A program made the position numbers and the translations under genes. A stretch of 63,965 nt of DNA, the filler included, from an uncultured bacterium (GTDB lineage: Bacteria; Hinthialibacterota; Hinthialibacteria; Hinthialibacterales; Hinthialibacteraceae): the NCBI GenBank assembly GCA_964449065.1. It is 3 parts of 3 records of this genome, joined end to end, with 100 filler letters (N's around TTAATTAATTAA, not from the genome) between each part and the next. Parts side by side here need not be neighbours in the genome. Positions count along the whole stretch, not along the records: positions 25,355 to 49,989 come from CAYVAZ010000027.1; positions 50,090 to 63,965 come from CAYVAZ010000124.1; 1 more part is not named here. The stretch is one strand, 5' to 3'. The notes below the pieces were generated by a model. That model was not told the DNA's origin and did not search any database. It worked only from the letters and a program-made list of their open reading frames with translations. The first letter of the stretch is position 1, and each line of letters begins with the position of its first letter. Below, piece after piece: positions 39,265 to 50,180 of the stretch.

Positions 39265-40617
39265 TTACATACCGGAACGGCCTCGGACTTTTCCTTTTTT
39301 CAAGAATCCGTCATAGTTGCGCACACGAAGATGGTTTTCCAGTTGGTTCACGGTATCCAACGCGACACCGACGATGATGATAATGGATGTACCGCCCAGT
39401 AAGTAAGCGATATCCTGTGGAACGTTCATAAATTGAGCCATGATATCCGGCATAACGGCCACAGAGGCCAGGAAAATCGAACCGGAGAATGTAATTCTGC
39501 TTAGAATTTTTGTTAAATAGGCTTCCGTGCGATGACCGTGGCTGTATCCGGGAATGGTGGCTCCAGATTTTTGTAAATTTTCGGCAACATCTTTGGGGTT
39601 AAAGGTAATTGCAGTGTAGTAGTAACAGAAGAAAATAATCAGTAGGATGTAGAAAATCGAGTAGATAAATTGTCCGGGCTGCATTTGGTTGCTGAGCCAA
39701 AAGAATGAATCATAAACCCACCCAAAATTATCACTGACTTGCAAAGGAGTCGCCAACTGCACAACAAATTGCGGCAATGACAATATCGCGGCGGCAAAAA
39801 TAACGGGGATAACACCCGCAGTGTTGATTCGCAATGGTAAGTAGGAGTTGGCTTGTGAGGCAAACATTCTCGATCCGCGTACTTGCCTTCCCCGCTTGAT
39901 AGGGACACGCCGTTGTCCGAACTGAATGTATACAACACCGGCAATAACAATCACCATAACAGCAAAGGTAATGATTGCAGTTAAGGGTGTAAATGAGGGA
40001 TCATCTCTATAAAGGAGAACTGAGGCTCTACTCACAGCGGCTGGAATTGCAGCGACGATGTTGGCAAAAATGATTAGGGAAATCCCATTGCCGATACCGT
40101 GTTCTGTGATGAGTTCACCCATCCACATTAAGAGGACGGAACCGGTTGTCATGGAAATGACGCACATAATTCGAAAGGACCATCCCGGTTGGTATACTAC
40201 ATCCCCCAAAAGCCCCGCTTCGAGAGAGAAGGAAAGCATAAACGACTGAATCAGTGTGATTAAAACGGTGCCGTAACGAGTGTATTGATTGATCTTACGG
40301 CGTCCTTCTTCGCCTTTTTTCGAGAGTTCTTCCAGGTAAGGTGAGGTAACAGTCATTAATTGAAGGATAATAGACGCACTGATATAGGGCATGATCCCCA
40401 GCGCGAAAATGGAGCATTGGCCGAAAGCCCCGCCGGAAAACATGTTCAATAAACTGAACAACCCACCCTGGGATAAATACTGATTTAAAGCGGCAGGATT
40501 GACCAATGGAATGGTGACGAACTGTCCGACTTGAATGAGTGCTAAGATGACCAACGTGAAAATGACACGCTGCCTTAATTCCGGAATTCTGAATATGTTT
40601 GAAATTGCATCGAGCAT
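39265..40617 (-). CDS. secY: Preprotein translocase subunit SecY
   Basis: SIFALGIMPYISASI, GIGNGISLII, AGVIPVIFA. Confidence 0.98.
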   Translation of the reverse strand: MLDAISNIFRIPELRQRVIFTLVILALIQVGQFVTIPLVNPAALNQYLSQGGLFSLLNMFSGGAFGQCSIFALGIMPYISASIILQLMTVTSPYLEELSKKGEEGRRKINQYTRYGTVLITLIQSFMLSFSLEAGLLGDVVYQPGWSFRIMCVISMTTGSVLLMWMGELITEHGIGNGISLIIFANIVAAIPAAVSRASVLLYRDDPSFTPLTAIITFAVMVIVIAGVVYIQFGQRRVPIKRGRQVRGSRMFASQANSYLPLRINTAGVIPVIFAAAILSLPQFVVQLATPLQVSDNFGWVYDSFFWLSNQMQPGQFIYSIFYILLIIFFCYYYTAITFNPKDVAENLQKSGATIPGYSHGHRTEAYLTKILSRITFSGSIFLASVAVMPDIMAQFMNVPQDIAYLLGGTSIIIIVGVALDTVNQLENHLRVRNYDGFLKKGKVRGRSGM

Positions 40618-40646
40618 GATGGCTCTAACTTCTTCCTCTCAACCAC

Positions 40647-41114
40647 TTATTCAGCCGTTGAGTTTGGCTGTTTAAAGGGTTTGGGTTCAATTTGACCACC
40701 GGCTTGGGTGATCTTTTCTGCTGCTGATTTGGTAAATTTATTGGCCTGGACTGTCAGTTTTTTATTCAATACACCCGTCCCTAAAATTTTGACCGGTGTT
40801 TTGTTGTTACGAATCAGCCCGTGCTGGATCAAATCGTCAATGGTAACGGACGCGCCGTCATCAAAACGAGATTCTAATCCGGAAACGTTCACAATCTGAT
40901 ATTCGACGCGGTTAAATGATTTAAATCCACGTTTGGGAACGCGGCGTTGCAACGGCATTTGACCGCCTTCAAACCACGCTCTAAATTTAAAACCGGAACG
41001 GGAACGCTGTCCATTTTGACCCCGGCCACAGGTTTTACCGTTACCAGACCCGGGGCCGCGTCCGACGCGGCTTCTATTCGGCTTAGCTTTCACATCTAAT
41101 TCACTGATATTCAT
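40647..41114 (-). CDS. rplO: 50S ribosomal protein L15
   Basis: RVGRGPGSG.GKT.GRG, FEGGQMPL.RR.PKRGF. Confidence 0.98.
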   Translation of the reverse strand: MNISELDVKAKPNRSRVGRGPGSGNGKTCGRGQNGQRSRSGFKFRAWFEGGQMPLQRRVPKRGFKSFNRVEYQIVNVSGLESRFDDGASVTIDDLIQHGLIRNNKTPVKILGTGVLNKKLTVQANKFTKSAAEKITQAGGQIEPKPFKQPNSTAE

Positions 41115-41142
41115 AATCTTACCTATCTATCCTTAACAATAT

Positions 41143-41331
41143 CTATTCACTTACTTCTTCTACTTGAAGCATGTAATCAATCGACCGGATCATGCCTCTT
41201 ACTTGAGGGGTATCATTGTGAAAAACAAATTTGTTGGTATGAGACAGTCCCAAGGCTTTTACGGTTCGTTTATGCTTGGGAACACGGCCGATTGCGCTTC
41301 TGGTTAAGGTGATTTTTAATAGATTCGCCAT
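41143..41331 (-). CDS. rpmD: 50S ribosomal protein L30
   Basis: LKITLTRSAIG...KHKRTVKALGL; position in the spc operon. Confidence 0.95.
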   Translation of the reverse strand: MANLLKITLTRSAIGRVPKHKRTVKALGLSHTNKFVFHNDTPQVRGMIRSIDYMLQVEEVSE

Positions 41332-41840
41332 TAGAGAATCTCCTTGGGATCTTTGCCGCGTAGTTTGGCAACGGTTTGAAGATCGCGCAGTTCTTGCAGC
41401 CCTTTAATCGTAGCTTTGGCGATATTCATTTGGTTGTTGGTGCCCAGTGATTTGGTCAAAATATCCTGGATGCCCGCCGCTTCAATAACAGCGCGTACCG
41501 GACCGCCGGCGATAACCCCTGTACCGCGTGTTGCCGGCTTCAGCAATACTTTTCCAGCGCCATGTTTAATGAATACTTCATGGGGAATGGTATTGTTGAT
41601 CATGGGAATGGTAAACAGGTTTTTTTTGGCGCGCTCAACCGCCTTGCTGATGGCGTTGGCGACTTCCCCGGCTTTGCCGAACCCAAGACCCAATGTCCCT
41701 TTTTCATTGCCGACAACGACAAGCGCGTTGAAGCTGAAACGGCGCCCGCCCTTCAAAACCTTCGCGACACGTTTTACGTGAATGACCCGGTCTTTAAATT
41801 CTTCTTCTTTTTTGTCATGCAAATCAACTACATTAACCAT
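41331..41840 (-). CDS. rpsE: 30S ribosomal protein S5
   Basis: [22 protein letters not shown]. Confidence 0.98.
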   Translation of the reverse strand: MVNVVDLHDKKEEEFKDRVIHVKRVAKVLKGGRRFSFNALVVVGNEKGTLGLGFGKAGEVANAISKAVERAKKNLFTIPMINNTIPHEVFIKHGAGKVLLKPATRGTGVIAGGPVRAVIEAAGIQDILTKSLGTNNQMNIAKATIKGLQELRDLQTVAKLRGKDPKEIL

Positions 41841-41876
41841 ATTCGTAATCCTCGTTTCGTCATTGCACCGAATGGG

Positions 41877-42251
41877 TTATATTTGAATACCGCCATCCCG
41901 AACGCCTTGTGCCAGTGCGGCAACGCGGCCGTGGTATAGATAACCACCGCGATCAAATACCACTTTGTCTAGGCCTTTTTCTTGCAATTTGATGGCGATC
42001 AACTTACCGACCGCTTTGGCTTGCTTGATTTTATGGGAGTCATCCCCCTCAATTTCAGGGAGGTTTTTCATGAGAGTACATGCTGAAAGAATCGTGCTGC
42101 CTTGCTCATCATCCACAACTTGAGCGTAAATATGTTTGGTACTGCGAAACACGCACAAGCGTGGTCGAACCGTTGTGCCCGCGAGTTTTTTGCGGATACG
42201 GAAGTGGCGTTTTGTTCGTGGAGTTTTAAAGCGTTTTTTAAACTGTTTCAT
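41877..42251 (-). CDS. rplR: 50S ribosomal protein L18
   Basis: [28 protein letters not shown]. Confidence 0.98.
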   Translation of the reverse strand: MKQFKKRFKTPRTKRHFRIRKKLAGTTVRPRLCVFRSTKHIYAQVVDDEQGSTILSACTLMKNLPEIEGDDSHKIKQAKAVGKLIAIKLQEKGLDKVVFDRGGYLYHGRVAALAQGVRDGGIQI

Positions 42252-42319
42252 AGCCGTTTCACCGAATCGAATTATGCGTAATGCTTGTGCGCATTGCGCA
42301 TTTTAAGCGTTTTTTCTTG

Positions 42320-42856
42320 TTAAGCGTTTTTCTTGCCAACTTTTCTTCGAACGTATTCATCCGAGTATCTGACACCCTTGCCTTTGTAAGGTTCGGGCGG
42401 TCTGAATTTGCGGATTTCCGCTGCCGTTTGGCCCAAGACTTCTTTATTGATGGAGGTTAAAGTGATTTCTGTATTTTTCTCCACCTTGGCTTCGACTTCA
42501 TTTGGTAATTCGTAGTCAATGGGATGGGAGAAACCGAGTTCGAGATTCAAGATATTTCCCTTGACATTGGCACGGTACCCTACCCCGTTGATTTCTAATT
42601 TCCGTTCAAACCCTTGAGAAACTCCGTGAACCATGTTCGCGATAATCGCACGGGTGGTGCCATGCAACGCGCGGTTTTTCCGTTCATTGTTTGGCCGAGT
42701 AACCGTCAGAACAGAGTCTTCTTGATTGACGGTGATCGGTTCGGGGATATCCCATTGCAATTCCCCTTTTGGTCCTTTTACCTTCACATGGCGGTCTTGA
42801 AGGTTTAATTCAACACCGGAAGGTATTTTGATCGGATTGTTGCCTACTTTCGACAT
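42320..42856 (-). CDS. rplF: 50S ribosomal protein L6
   Basis: Start MSKVG at 42856; GVGYRA, RPPEPYKGKG. Confidence 0.98.
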   Translation of the reverse strand: MSKVGNNPIKIPSGVELNLQDRHVKVKGPKGELQWDIPEPITVNQEDSVLTVTRPNNERKNRALHGTTRAIIANMVHGVSQGFERKLEINGVGYRANVKGNILNLELGFSHPIDYELPNEVEAKVEKNTEITLTSINKEVLGQTAAEIRKFRPPEPYKGKGVRYSDEYVRRKVGKKNA

Positions 42857-42902
42857 AATCTTTATACCTGAATTTTCAAAGATGTATTTCGTAAAAATTT
42901 TT

Positions 42903-43301
42903 CTACCAAATTCGGCAGAGAACTTCACCACCAATGCCCTGCAAACGGGCATCCCGGTCCGTCATTAAACCGCGTGAAGTGGAGATGATACATATACCCA
43001 GTCCGCCCTGCGATCTAGGAATAGAATCCTTAGCGGTATAGCGGCGAACACTTGGTTTGCTGAACCGTTCTAAATGCGAAATAACACGTTCTTGCCTATT
43101 GCCATATTTTAAATAAATCCGAATCATTTCATGACCTTGCACTTCTACCGTGCGGTAGTTACGGATATATCCTTCATTTTTCAGGATTTCGACTATCGCC
43201 TTTTTAATTTTGGATGAAGGAACTTCTACTTTCTCTTTTTTCGCGACATTCGCGTTTCTGATTCGAGTAAGAAGATCCGCAATAGGATCGGTTACCGGCA
43301 T
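42903..43301 (-). CDS. rpsH: 30S ribosomal protein S8
   Basis: [28 protein letters not shown]. Confidence 0.98.
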   Translation of the reverse strand: MPVTDPIADLLTRIRNANVAKKEKVEVPSSKIKKAIVEILKNEGYIRNYRTVEVQGHEMIRIYLKYGNRQERVISHLERFSKPSVRRYTAKDSIPRSQGGLGICIISTSRGLMTDRDARLQGIGGEVLCRIW

Positions 43302-43333
43302 GAAATTGTCTCCTTCTTTCTAATCATACTAAT

Positions 43334-43519
43334 TTACCAACTGGATTTGGTCATTCCGGGAATGTAGCCTTTCAGGGCTAATTCACGCAAGCAAATACGG
43401 CACAACTGAAATTTTCGGTAATAGCCGCGAGGACGTCCGCATCGCTGACAGCGGTTGTATTCACGGACTTTAAATTTTTGTTTTCGTTTTTGTTTAACTT
43501 TTAGAGACGTTTTTGCCAT
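43334..43519 (-). CDS. rpsN: 30S ribosomal protein S14 (Zn-binding, type Z)
   Basis: RCQRCGR...[12 protein letters not shown]; 61 aa. Confidence 0.97.
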   Translation of the reverse strand: MAKTSLKVKQKRKQKFKVREYNRCQRCGRPRGYYRKFQLCRICLRELALKGYIPGMTKSSW

Positions 43520-43530
43520 GATTTCCCTCG

Positions 43531-44130
43531 TTATTTTCTGAACGGCATGCCCAATTGTTTCAACAAAGCACGGCCTTCTTCATCGGTTTTGGCTGTGGTA
43601 ACAATACAGATATCCATTCCTTGCACAGTCGGTATCTTATCGTAATCAACTTCCGGAAAGATCAACTGTTCTTTCACACCGACTGAGTAGTTGCCCCTGC
43701 CATCGAACGATTTTGGATTCAAGCCGCGAAAGTCACGAATTCGGGGTACGGAAATATTGATAAAGCGGTCAAGAAAATCGTACATTCTGCTTTTCCGCAA
43801 TGTGACCGAGCAGCCCACTCCCATACCTTGGCGGATTTTAAAGTTCGAAATCGCCAATTTCGCTTTGGTAATGAGGGCCTTTTGTCCGGCGATGGTTTCC
43901 ATGTTTTCCCGCAAGGCATCCAGCAACTTTTGATCACGGCTGCCTTCACCGGATCCCATATTCAGTACGATCTTTTCAAGTTTGGGCACTTCCATGCGGT
44001 TTTTGTAGCCGAATTCTTTCATCAGTTCAGGAATCACTTGCTCTTTGTACCGCGATTGCAACCGAGATACATACCCTTTCGGCAGTTCCTGAGCTGACAC
44101 TTCATCTTTTTTCTTTTTATCGTTTGCCAT
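43531..44130 (-). CDS. rplE: 50S ribosomal protein L5
   Basis: [26 protein letters not shown]. Confidence 0.98.
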   Translation of the reverse strand: MANDKKKKDEVSAQELPKGYVSRLQSRYKEQVIPELMKEFGYKNRMEVPKLEKIVLNMGSGEGSRDQKLLDALRENMETIAGQKALITKAKLAISNFKIRQGMGVGCSVTLRKSRMYDFLDRFINISVPRIRDFRGLNPKSFDGRGNYSVGVKEQLIFPEVDYDKIPTVQGMDICIVTTAKTDEEGRALLKQLGMPFRK

Positions 44131-44142
44131 GATCGTCTCTCA

Positions 44143-44373
44143 CTACTTAATTATCTTTACATTGGAGGGATGAATCGGTCCCTCTCGTTCAATGATTCCA
44201 CCGGGTTGATTGTTTTGCGGATTGGCCCGGCGGTGGCGTTTGAGCATATTGACCCCTTCGACAAAGAGTCTGCCGGCTTTGCGGTCAATGTGCATAACTT
44301 TTCCTGTTTTGCCTTTATCTTCTCCGGCAATCACTTCAACGATATCACCGGATTTCAAGCGAATCTTCAGCAT
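44143..44373 (-). CDS. rplX: 50S ribosomal protein L24 (short, 76 aa)
   Basis: KOW motif GDIVEVIAGEDKGKTG, VEGVN, EGPIHPSNV. Confidence 0.95.
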   Translation of the reverse strand: MLKIRLKSGDIVEVIAGEDKGKTGKVMHIDRKAGRLFVEGVNMLKRHRRANPQNNQPGGIIEREGPIHPSNVKIIK

Positions 44374-44741
44374 TACAGTACCTCCGGCGCTAACGATACG
44401 ATTTTCATAAATTTCCGGTCGCGGAGTTCACGGGCGACCGGACCGAAAATGCGGGTACCGACCGGCTCTTTGGCGTTGTTGATAATAACCGCCGCATTGT
44501 TATCGAACCGGATGGTGGAACCGTCCGGACGTTTTAATTCTTTGGTTTGTCTAACAATGACTGCTTCGACAACAGAGCCTTTTTTAATGTTCGATTCCGG
44601 AATCGCTTCCCGGACGCTGCATTTCACAATATCGCCGATACGGGCATAGCGTCGTTTGGAACCGCCCAACACTTTAAAACAGCGTAACTTACGGGCGCCC
44701 GAATTATCGGCGACTTCGAGATTGGTATAATCTTGAATCAC
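44373..44741 (-). CDS. rplN: 50S ribosomal protein L14
   Basis: [25 protein letters not shown]. Confidence 0.98.
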   Translation of the reverse strand: MIQDYTNLEVADNSGARKLRCFKVLGGSKRRYARIGDIVKCSVREAIPESNIKKGSVVEAVIVRQTKELKRPDGSTIRFDNNAAVIINNAKEPVGTRIFGPVARELRDRKFMKIVSLAPEVL

Positions 44742-44760
44742 AATGTTTTCCTCCGGTTAA

Positions 44761-45045
44761 TTAAACCACAACCGCTTCACGAATCGTTTCTACATACCGC
44801 CAGTTTTTGGTTTTACTCAGCGGACGCGTTTCCATAATACGAATCAAATCGCCAACTTTGCAGGCTCCGTCTTCGTCATGCGCTTTTACCTTATTGAAGC
44901 GGCTAATGACCTTACCGTAGCGTTTGTGGCGAACCAAGCGCTCGACTTTGACCACAATGGTTTTGTCCATTGACGTACTGACAACGATGCCTTCACGAAC
45001 TTTTCGTGTGGATGACCGTGTGCTTGTTGATTGAGAATCGCTCAT
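44761..45045 (-). CDS. rpsQ: 30S ribosomal protein S17
   Basis: GIVVS..MDKT, AHDE, ETRPLSKTK. Confidence 0.97.
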   Translation of the reverse strand: MSDSQSTSTRSSTRKVREGIVVSTSMDKTIVVKVERLVRHKRYGKVISRFNKVKAHDEDGACKVGDLIRIMETRPLSKTKNWRYVETIREAVVV

Positions 45046-45275
45046 TATTCACCTTCCGCCAGCGTAGCCGGTTGCGCATTGCTTTCTTGCGCAGTCAATT
45101 CGAAGCGAACCGTTAACGCACGGGCAATATCCCGTTTGGTATCGCGAATTTGGTTCGCGTTGGTTAGTTGGTTGGATTGCAATTGCACTTTCATATTGAA
45201 CACTTGTTTGCGCATATCCTGTACTTTGGCATCCAACTCTTCCAAACTGAGTGAACGAAAATCGTCCGCCTTCAT
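45045..45275 (-). CDS. rpmC: 50S ribosomal protein L29
   Basis: Position between rplP and rpsQ; IR..KRDIAR..T. Confidence 0.93.
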   Translation of the reverse strand: MKADDFRSLSLEELDAKVQDMRKQVFNMKVQLQSNQLTNANQIRDTKRDIARALTVRFELTAQESNAQPATLAEGE

Positions 45276-45284
45276 AGTAACTCC

Positions 45285-45701
45285 TTATGCTGAATCTCCA
45301 CGGGTGGTAAAGCTGATCTTTACCGGCAATTTATGTCCCGCTCTGGTAAATGCTTCTTTGGCTAAATCTTCCGGCACACCGGAAAGTTCAAACAAAATGT
45401 GACCGGGTTTTACAACGGCAACGTGTTTTTCGGGCGCGCCTTTCCCGCTTCCCATCCGGGTTTCGGCGGGGTGTTTGGTAATCGGCTTTTGCGGGAAGAT
45501 TCGAATCCATACTTTACCTTTCCGCTTGATATGCCGGTTGATGGCAATACGTGCGGCTTCGATTTGACGGGAGGTTACCCATCCGCCGGTCATCGCTTTG
45601 ATGCCGAATTCACCGAAGCTGACATTGGTGCCGCGGCAGGCGATTCCACGCCGGTTGCCTCTATGTACCCGTCTATATTTCTCTCTTGATGGCAATAACA
45701 T
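45285..45701 (-). CDS. rplP: 50S ribosomal protein L16
   Basis: [21 protein letters not shown]. Confidence 0.98.
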   Translation of the reverse strand: MLLPSREKYRRVHRGNRRGIACRGTNVSFGEFGIKAMTGGWVTSRQIEAARIAINRHIKRKGKVWIRIFPQKPITKHPAETRMGSGKGAPEKHVAVVKPGHILFELSGVPEDLAKEAFTRAGHKLPVKISFTTRGDSA

Positions 45702-46378
45702 TAAGAAGAAGCCTCCTGCTGCTGTTGAATCTTGTCAACTTGTTCGATTCCTTTGTGAGTAAATTCGCCTTTGTATAGCCAAACCTTCACCCCGATGCGG
45801 CCGTATTGGGTGTGGGCTTCGGCGAAGCCATAATCCACATTCGCGCGAAGCGTATGGAGCGGCACGCGGCCTTCACGATACCATTCCGTTCGCGACATTT
45901 CCGCGCCGCCCAAGCGGCCGGCGACCATGACTTTTACGCCGAGCGCGCCGGCTTGGCGGCTGGTTTGCAGTCCGCGTTTCAGCGCGCGGCGGAACGAAAC
46001 GCGACGTTCCAGTTGTAAGGCAATACTTTCCGCCTGGAGTTGGGCATCCATTTCCGGCTTTTTAATTTCTTTAATGTTGATGTGTACTTGGCGGTCTGTC
46101 ATACCCGCCAGCATTTTTTTCAACCGTTCAACTTCCACACCTTTGCGTCCAATAATAATACCGGGACGGGCGGCAAAGATATTGATGCGCATACGCTGGG
46201 TAAAGCGCTCAATTTCGATTTCACTGATGCCGGCGTGGTAAAGGCGCTTTTTTACGGCTTTGCGGATGTTCAGATCTTCATGCAGAAGATTGGCGTATTC
46301 TTTTTCCGCATACCAGCGCGACTTCCAATTTTTGAAGACTCCAACCCGGAATCCGTATGGATGAACTTTTTGTCCCAC
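45701..46378 (-). CDS. rpsC: 30S ribosomal protein S3
   Basis: [27 protein letters not shown]. Confidence 0.98.
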   Translation of the reverse strand: MGQKVHPYGFRVGVFKNWKSRWYAEKEYANLLHEDLNIRKAVKKRLYHAGISEIEIERFTQRMRINIFAARPGIIIGRKGVEVERLKKMLAGMTDRQVHINIKEIKKPEMDAQLQAESIALQLERRVSFRRALKRGLQTSRQAGALGVKVMVAGRLGGAEMSRTEWYREGRVPLHTLRANVDYGFAEAHTQYGRIGVKVWLYKGEFTHKGIEQVDKIQQQQEASS

Positions 46379-46395
46379 GTCTTTACCTCGCTTTT

Positions 46396-46728
46396 TTAGA
46401 GTCCCAATTCTATTGTAATGTGGCTTAAAGGCTTTTTGATGCGTACCGCTCTTCCCATCGGCGCGGGGCGAATCCGTTTTAACGATCGACCACCGTCCAC
46501 CATGATTTTGCGGACAAACAATTCATCCGGATCAAATTCGGTCGTTTCTTCTACATTGGCGGCGGCCGATTTTAACAACTTCAGAATGATTGAAGACGCT
46601 TTTTGTTTCGGCAAAAACATCAACGTATGAACGGCTTCTTGATACGGTTTATTGCGGACTGCATCCGCCACCAAACGCAATTTAAAGGGTGACATGCGGC
46701 AGTGCCGAAGGGTTGCGTGCATCGCCAT
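46396..46728 (-). CDS. rplV: 50S ribosomal protein L22
   Basis: [30 protein letters not shown]. Confidence 0.96.
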   Translation of the reverse strand: MAMHATLRHCRMSPFKLRLVADAVRNKPYQEAVHTLMFLPKQKASSIILKLLKSAAANVEETTEFDPDELFVRKIMVDGGRSLKRIRPAPMGRAVRIKKPLSHITIELGL

Positions 46729-46741
46729 GATTCCACTACTC

Positions 46742-47023
46742 CTATTTTTTCATTACACGAGCGGTTTTGCCGCCATGAGATTTGAACGTTCTTGTGGGAG
46801 AAAACTCTCCCAATTTATGGCCGACCATGTTTTCGGTCATGAAAACCGGCACAAATTTTTTGCCGTTGTGCACGGCGACGGTGTGTCCAACCATATCGGG
46901 CATAATGGTGCAGTCACGCGACCAGGTTTTCAGCACTTTTTTTTCCCCGCGATCATTCAATTCATGAATGCGCTTTAAAAGTCGTTGATCTACGTTCGGT
47001 CCTTTTTTTAATGAACGGCCCAT
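46742..47023 (-). CDS. rpsS: 30S ribosomal protein S19
   Basis: [26 protein letters not shown]. Confidence 0.98.
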   Translation of the reverse strand: MGRSLKKGPNVDQRLLKRIHELNDRGEKKVLKTWSRDCTIMPDMVGHTVAVHNGKKFVPVFMTENMVGHKLGEFSPTRTFKSHGGKTARVMKK

Positions 47024-47070
47024 ATCTTATCACCTGTATTGTTACAAGAATGTTTAGCGTCTTTCACGGT

Positions 47071-47904
47071 TTAGCGTCTTTTCTTTTTCCGGCGTTCCAC
47101 AATCATGCTATCGGTGCGCTTGTTGTGACGGGTTTTGTATCCCTTGCACGGCACTCCCCACGGTGTACAGGGCTGGCGGCCGCCATTGGTTGACCCTTCA
47201 CCGCCACCAAGCGGATGGTCATGCGGGTTCATCGCGGTCCCACGAACCGTAGGACGCTTGCCCAACCAGCGTTGGCGTCCGGCTTTTCCGATAGAGATGT
47301 TTTCGTGATCGGTGTTGGAAGTGGTGCCGATGGTGGCACGGCATTCCAAATGCACCAGCCGCATTTCTCCGGAAGGCAATTTGATTCGCGCATAGTTCCC
47401 GCCGCGACCAACCACCTGCGCGAAGGTTCCGGCGGAACGGGCCAATGCGGCCCCTTTGCCGATTTTTAATTCAACGGCATGAATAAAGGTTCCATCCAGA
47501 ATATTTTTGAGTGGAAGACAATTGCCATTTTTATGCGGGGCATCGGATCCCGAGTACAGCACATCGCCCACAGCCACTTTATCAGGCGCGATGATATAGC
47601 GCTTTTCGCCATCGGCATAACTTAACAGGGCAATCCAAGCCGTGCGGTTCGGGTCGTACTCAAGAGAGCTGACCTTTGCGGGGATGCCGTCTTTGCGCCG
47701 TTTAAAGTCAATGATGCGGTATCTGCGTTTGTGGCCACCGCCTTGATGGCGAACGGTAATCCGGCCATTGTTATTGCGTCCGGCTTTTTTCGGCAATTTC
47801 TCCGTGAGGCTTTTTTCCGGTTCTGTTTTTGTTAAATGCGCGAACGAAGACGTCGATTGAAACCGTCGTGTCGGCGTTACGGGTTTATAGGTTTTAATTG
47901 CCAC
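47071..47904 (-). CDS. rplB: 50S ribosomal protein L2
   Basis: [36 protein letters not shown]. Confidence 0.98.
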   Translation of the reverse strand: MAIKTYKPVTPTRRFQSTSSFAHLTKTEPEKSLTEKLPKKAGRNNNGRITVRHQGGGHKRRYRIIDFKRRKDGIPAKVSSLEYDPNRTAWIALLSYADGEKRYIIAPDKVAVGDVLYSGSDAPHKNGNCLPLKNILDGTFIHAVELKIGKGAALARSAGTFAQVVGRGGNYARIKLPSGEMRLVHLECRATIGTTSNTDHENISIGKAGRQRWLGKRPTVRGTAMNPHDHPLGGGEGSTNGGRQPCTPWGVPCKGYKTRHNKRTDSMIVERRKKKRR

Positions 47905-47948
47905 GATTCTGTCTCCAAATCCTCATGTACTCTTTTTGGTGTATCCTG

Positions 47949-48236
47949 TTACGCGAAGTCAATGTTGTGTCCGCTTTCCAATTGAACCATTGCTTTTTTG
48001 TATTTCCTGGTTTTTCCGGTTACGCCCCGGCGGGCATCACGCTTGGTTTGCGGACGTACATTTAATGTGCGAACCGTTGCCACTTTCACGTTAAAGGCTT
48101 CTTCGACTGCTTCTTTAATTTGCAGCTTGTTCGCATTTGGATTGACCTTGAACGTGTATATGTTTTGTTCTTCCGAGAGTGTGGTTGAACGTTCGGTGAA
48201 AACAACATTTTTGATCACGTTGAACTTATGCAGCAT
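47949..48236 (-). CDS. rplW: 50S ribosomal protein L23
   Basis: TER, YTFKV...ANK.QIK.AVE..F.VKV, KKAMV. Confidence 0.96.
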   Translation of the reverse strand: MLHKFNVIKNVVFTERSTTLSEEQNIYTFKVNPNANKLQIKEAVEEAFNVKVATVRTLNVRPQTKRDARRGVTGKTRKYKKAMVQLESGHNIDFA

Positions 48237-48876
48237 TGGATTTTACCTCCGGTTTCGCGTAACGGTTTTGCAGTTCCTCTGCCGCGGATTTAGTGAGAAA
48301 CACAAAATCGGCTTTAAAAATATCCAACGGAGAACACGAACCGGTTTGTTCGAACTCCACATCATGTAAGTTGCGAATGGAAAGCGCCGCGTTACCGGAT
48401 AACTCTTTATCGACAAACAATACACGGCCTTCAACGTTAAAAGCGTCTAACAGACCGGCAGCCAATTTGGTTTTGGGTTCACTGAATTTTAAATCGGAGA
48501 GGATAAAAAGTTGTTCGTTGTGAACTTTATGGGATAAACACTGGCGGAAGGATTCTTGGCGCATGCTGCGGGTAATTCGATGACGGTAGGAGCGGGGATG
48601 CGGCCCGAATTGTGTAGCCCCACCGCGATGGTGAGCGACCCCTACTTCGCCCATTCTTGCCCGGCCGGTACCTTTTTGACGGTACGCCTTTTTTGAAGAA
48701 CCATTAATCATACTGCGGTCTTTGGTTTGGTGTGTTCCTTGCCGTTTGTTGGCTTCATAGCCCACCAAAACCTGATGAAGAAAGACATCGTTGACCGCGG
48801 TTTGGAAAACCGAGTCATCAAGACTGATGGTTTCTATGATGGTTTTGTTATGATCGAATATTTCGAAATCCGCCAT
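48226..48876 (-). CDS. rplD: 50S ribosomal protein L4
   Basis: RQGTH.TK.R, RQKGTGRAR.G, GG...FGP.P. Confidence 0.97.
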   Translation of the reverse strand: MADFEIFDHNKTIIETISLDDSVFQTAVNDVFLHQVLVGYEANKRQGTHQTKDRSMINGSSKKAYRQKGTGRARMGEVGVAHHRGGATQFGPHPRSYRHRITRSMRQESFRQCLSHKVHNEQLFILSDLKFSEPKTKLAAGLLDAFNVEGRVLFVDKELSGNAALSIRNLHDVEFEQTGSCSPLDIFKADFVFLTKSAAEELQNRYAKPEVKSNAA

Positions 48877-48893
48877 GATCTATTTCCTACCTG

Positions 48894-49532
48894 TTACGCT
48901 TTCTTGTTCTTAGTTGTTTGTTTCACAAAAACGTATCCGCCATTGGGACCGGGGATACCGCCTTTGACGAAGATGACGCCGTTTTCGGCATCCACTTTGA
49001 TTAATTCCAGGTTTTGCACGGTCACGGTTTCGTTGCCCATGTGTCCCGGCAGTGTTTTCCCGCGGACAACCCGGCTCAAGCCGGTACCGGGAGCGATTGC
49101 ACCAATCGCGCGGTGGAACATGGAGCCATGGGTTTTGCGTCCACCGCCCCAGTTGTGGCGTCGAACACCACCGGCAAAACCACGTCCTTTGCTGATACCG
49201 GTTACATCCAAGTGTTCGCCTTCTTCAAAAACGGAAGCATCCAAACTTTTGCCGATTTCAAACTCATCCGTTGAATCGACCCGGACTTCTTTGAGGACAT
49301 CGGTTGGGGCGACCTTGGCTTTTTCAAAATGTCCTTTTACCGGTTTGGTTAATTTTTTTTCTTTCACCGGTTGATAGCCGATTTGAATCGCGTTGTAGCC
49401 ATCCTTCTCGGTGGTCTTGATCTGAACAATCGGACAGGGACCTACTTCAATCGCCGTTAACGGAACACGAACGCCGCTGTCAAGAAACAGTTGTGTCATC
49501 CGCAGTTTTTTGCCTAACAATGCTTTGACCAT
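48894..49532 (-). CDS. rplC: 50S ribosomal protein L3
   Basis: LGKK..MTQ, DGYNAIQ, SKGRGFAG, PGHMG. Confidence 0.98.
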   Translation of the reverse strand: MVKALLGKKLRMTQLFLDSGVRVPLTAIEVGPCPIVQIKTTEKDGYNAIQIGYQPVKEKKLTKPVKGHFEKAKVAPTDVLKEVRVDSTDEFEIGKSLDASVFEEGEHLDVTGISKGRGFAGGVRRHNWGGGRKTHGSMFHRAIGAIAPGTGLSRVVRGKTLPGHMGNETVTVQNLELIKVDAENGVIFVKGGIPGPNGGYVFVKQTTKNKKA

Positions 49533-49565
49533 CTTATTTACCTATTCGATTGATTTCGTCGCAGT

Positions 49566-49880
49566 CTATAACTTAATTTCCACATGAACCCCGGCGGGGA
49601 GTTCAAGTTGCGTGAGAGCGTCCATTGTTTTTGGGCTCCAATCCATAATTTCCACCAGCCGTTTATGAGAGCGGATTTCAAACTGCTCACGCGATTTTTT
49701 ATCGACGTGCGGTGATTTCAGTACGGTGTACTTAGAAATCCGTGTGGGCAATGGAATCGGCCCAACAATTTTGGCTCCGGTCCGTTTTGCGGTATCTACG
49801 ATTTGATCGGTCGATGAATCCAGCAAACGAAAGTCATAGCCTTTTAAGCGAATTCGTATTTTGGGTTGCTCTGCTGCCAT
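49566..49880 (-). CDS. rpsJ: 30S ribosomal protein S10
   Basis: [28 protein letters not shown]. Confidence 0.98.
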   Translation of the reverse strand: MAAEQPKIRIRLKGYDFRLLDSSTDQIVDTAKRTGAKIVGPIPLPTRISKYTVLKSPHVDKKSREQFEIRSHKRLVEIMDWSPKTMDALTQLELPAGVHVEIKL

Positions 49881-49934
49881 TCTAGGCTTCCATTTTCTTT
49901 TTTGATTTGTATGAATAAATTTTCGCGTTCTTGA

Positions 49935-49989
49935 CTATTCAATAATTTTATCAACAACACCCGCGCCGACGGTGCGTCCGCCTTCCCGA
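49935..49989 (-). CDS. tuf: Elongation factor Tu, last codons only (cut by the contig end)
   Basis: Manual translation REGGRTVGAGVVDKIIE*, upstream of rpsJ. Confidence 0.93.
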
Positions 49990-50089
49990 NNNNNNNNNNN
50001 NNNNNNNNNNNNNNNNNNNNNNNNNNNNNNNNNTTAATTAATTAANNNNNNNNNNNNNNNNNNNNNNNNNNNNNNNNNNNNNNNNNNNN
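49990..50089. other. Artificial contig linker (N44-TTAATTAATTAA-N44)
   Basis: Same structure as 25255-25354. Confidence 0.97.
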
Positions 50090-50180
50090 TTTAAGAGTGT
50101 TGAGCCCATCCTACGAAATACCGGCTGGGAGGCGGTGCTACCCACACAATTGAATCGGACATTCTTCATTGCAAATGGTA

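Noticed and set aside
49935..49989. tuf as a pseudogene
   Set aside because: The truncation coincides with the contig end.
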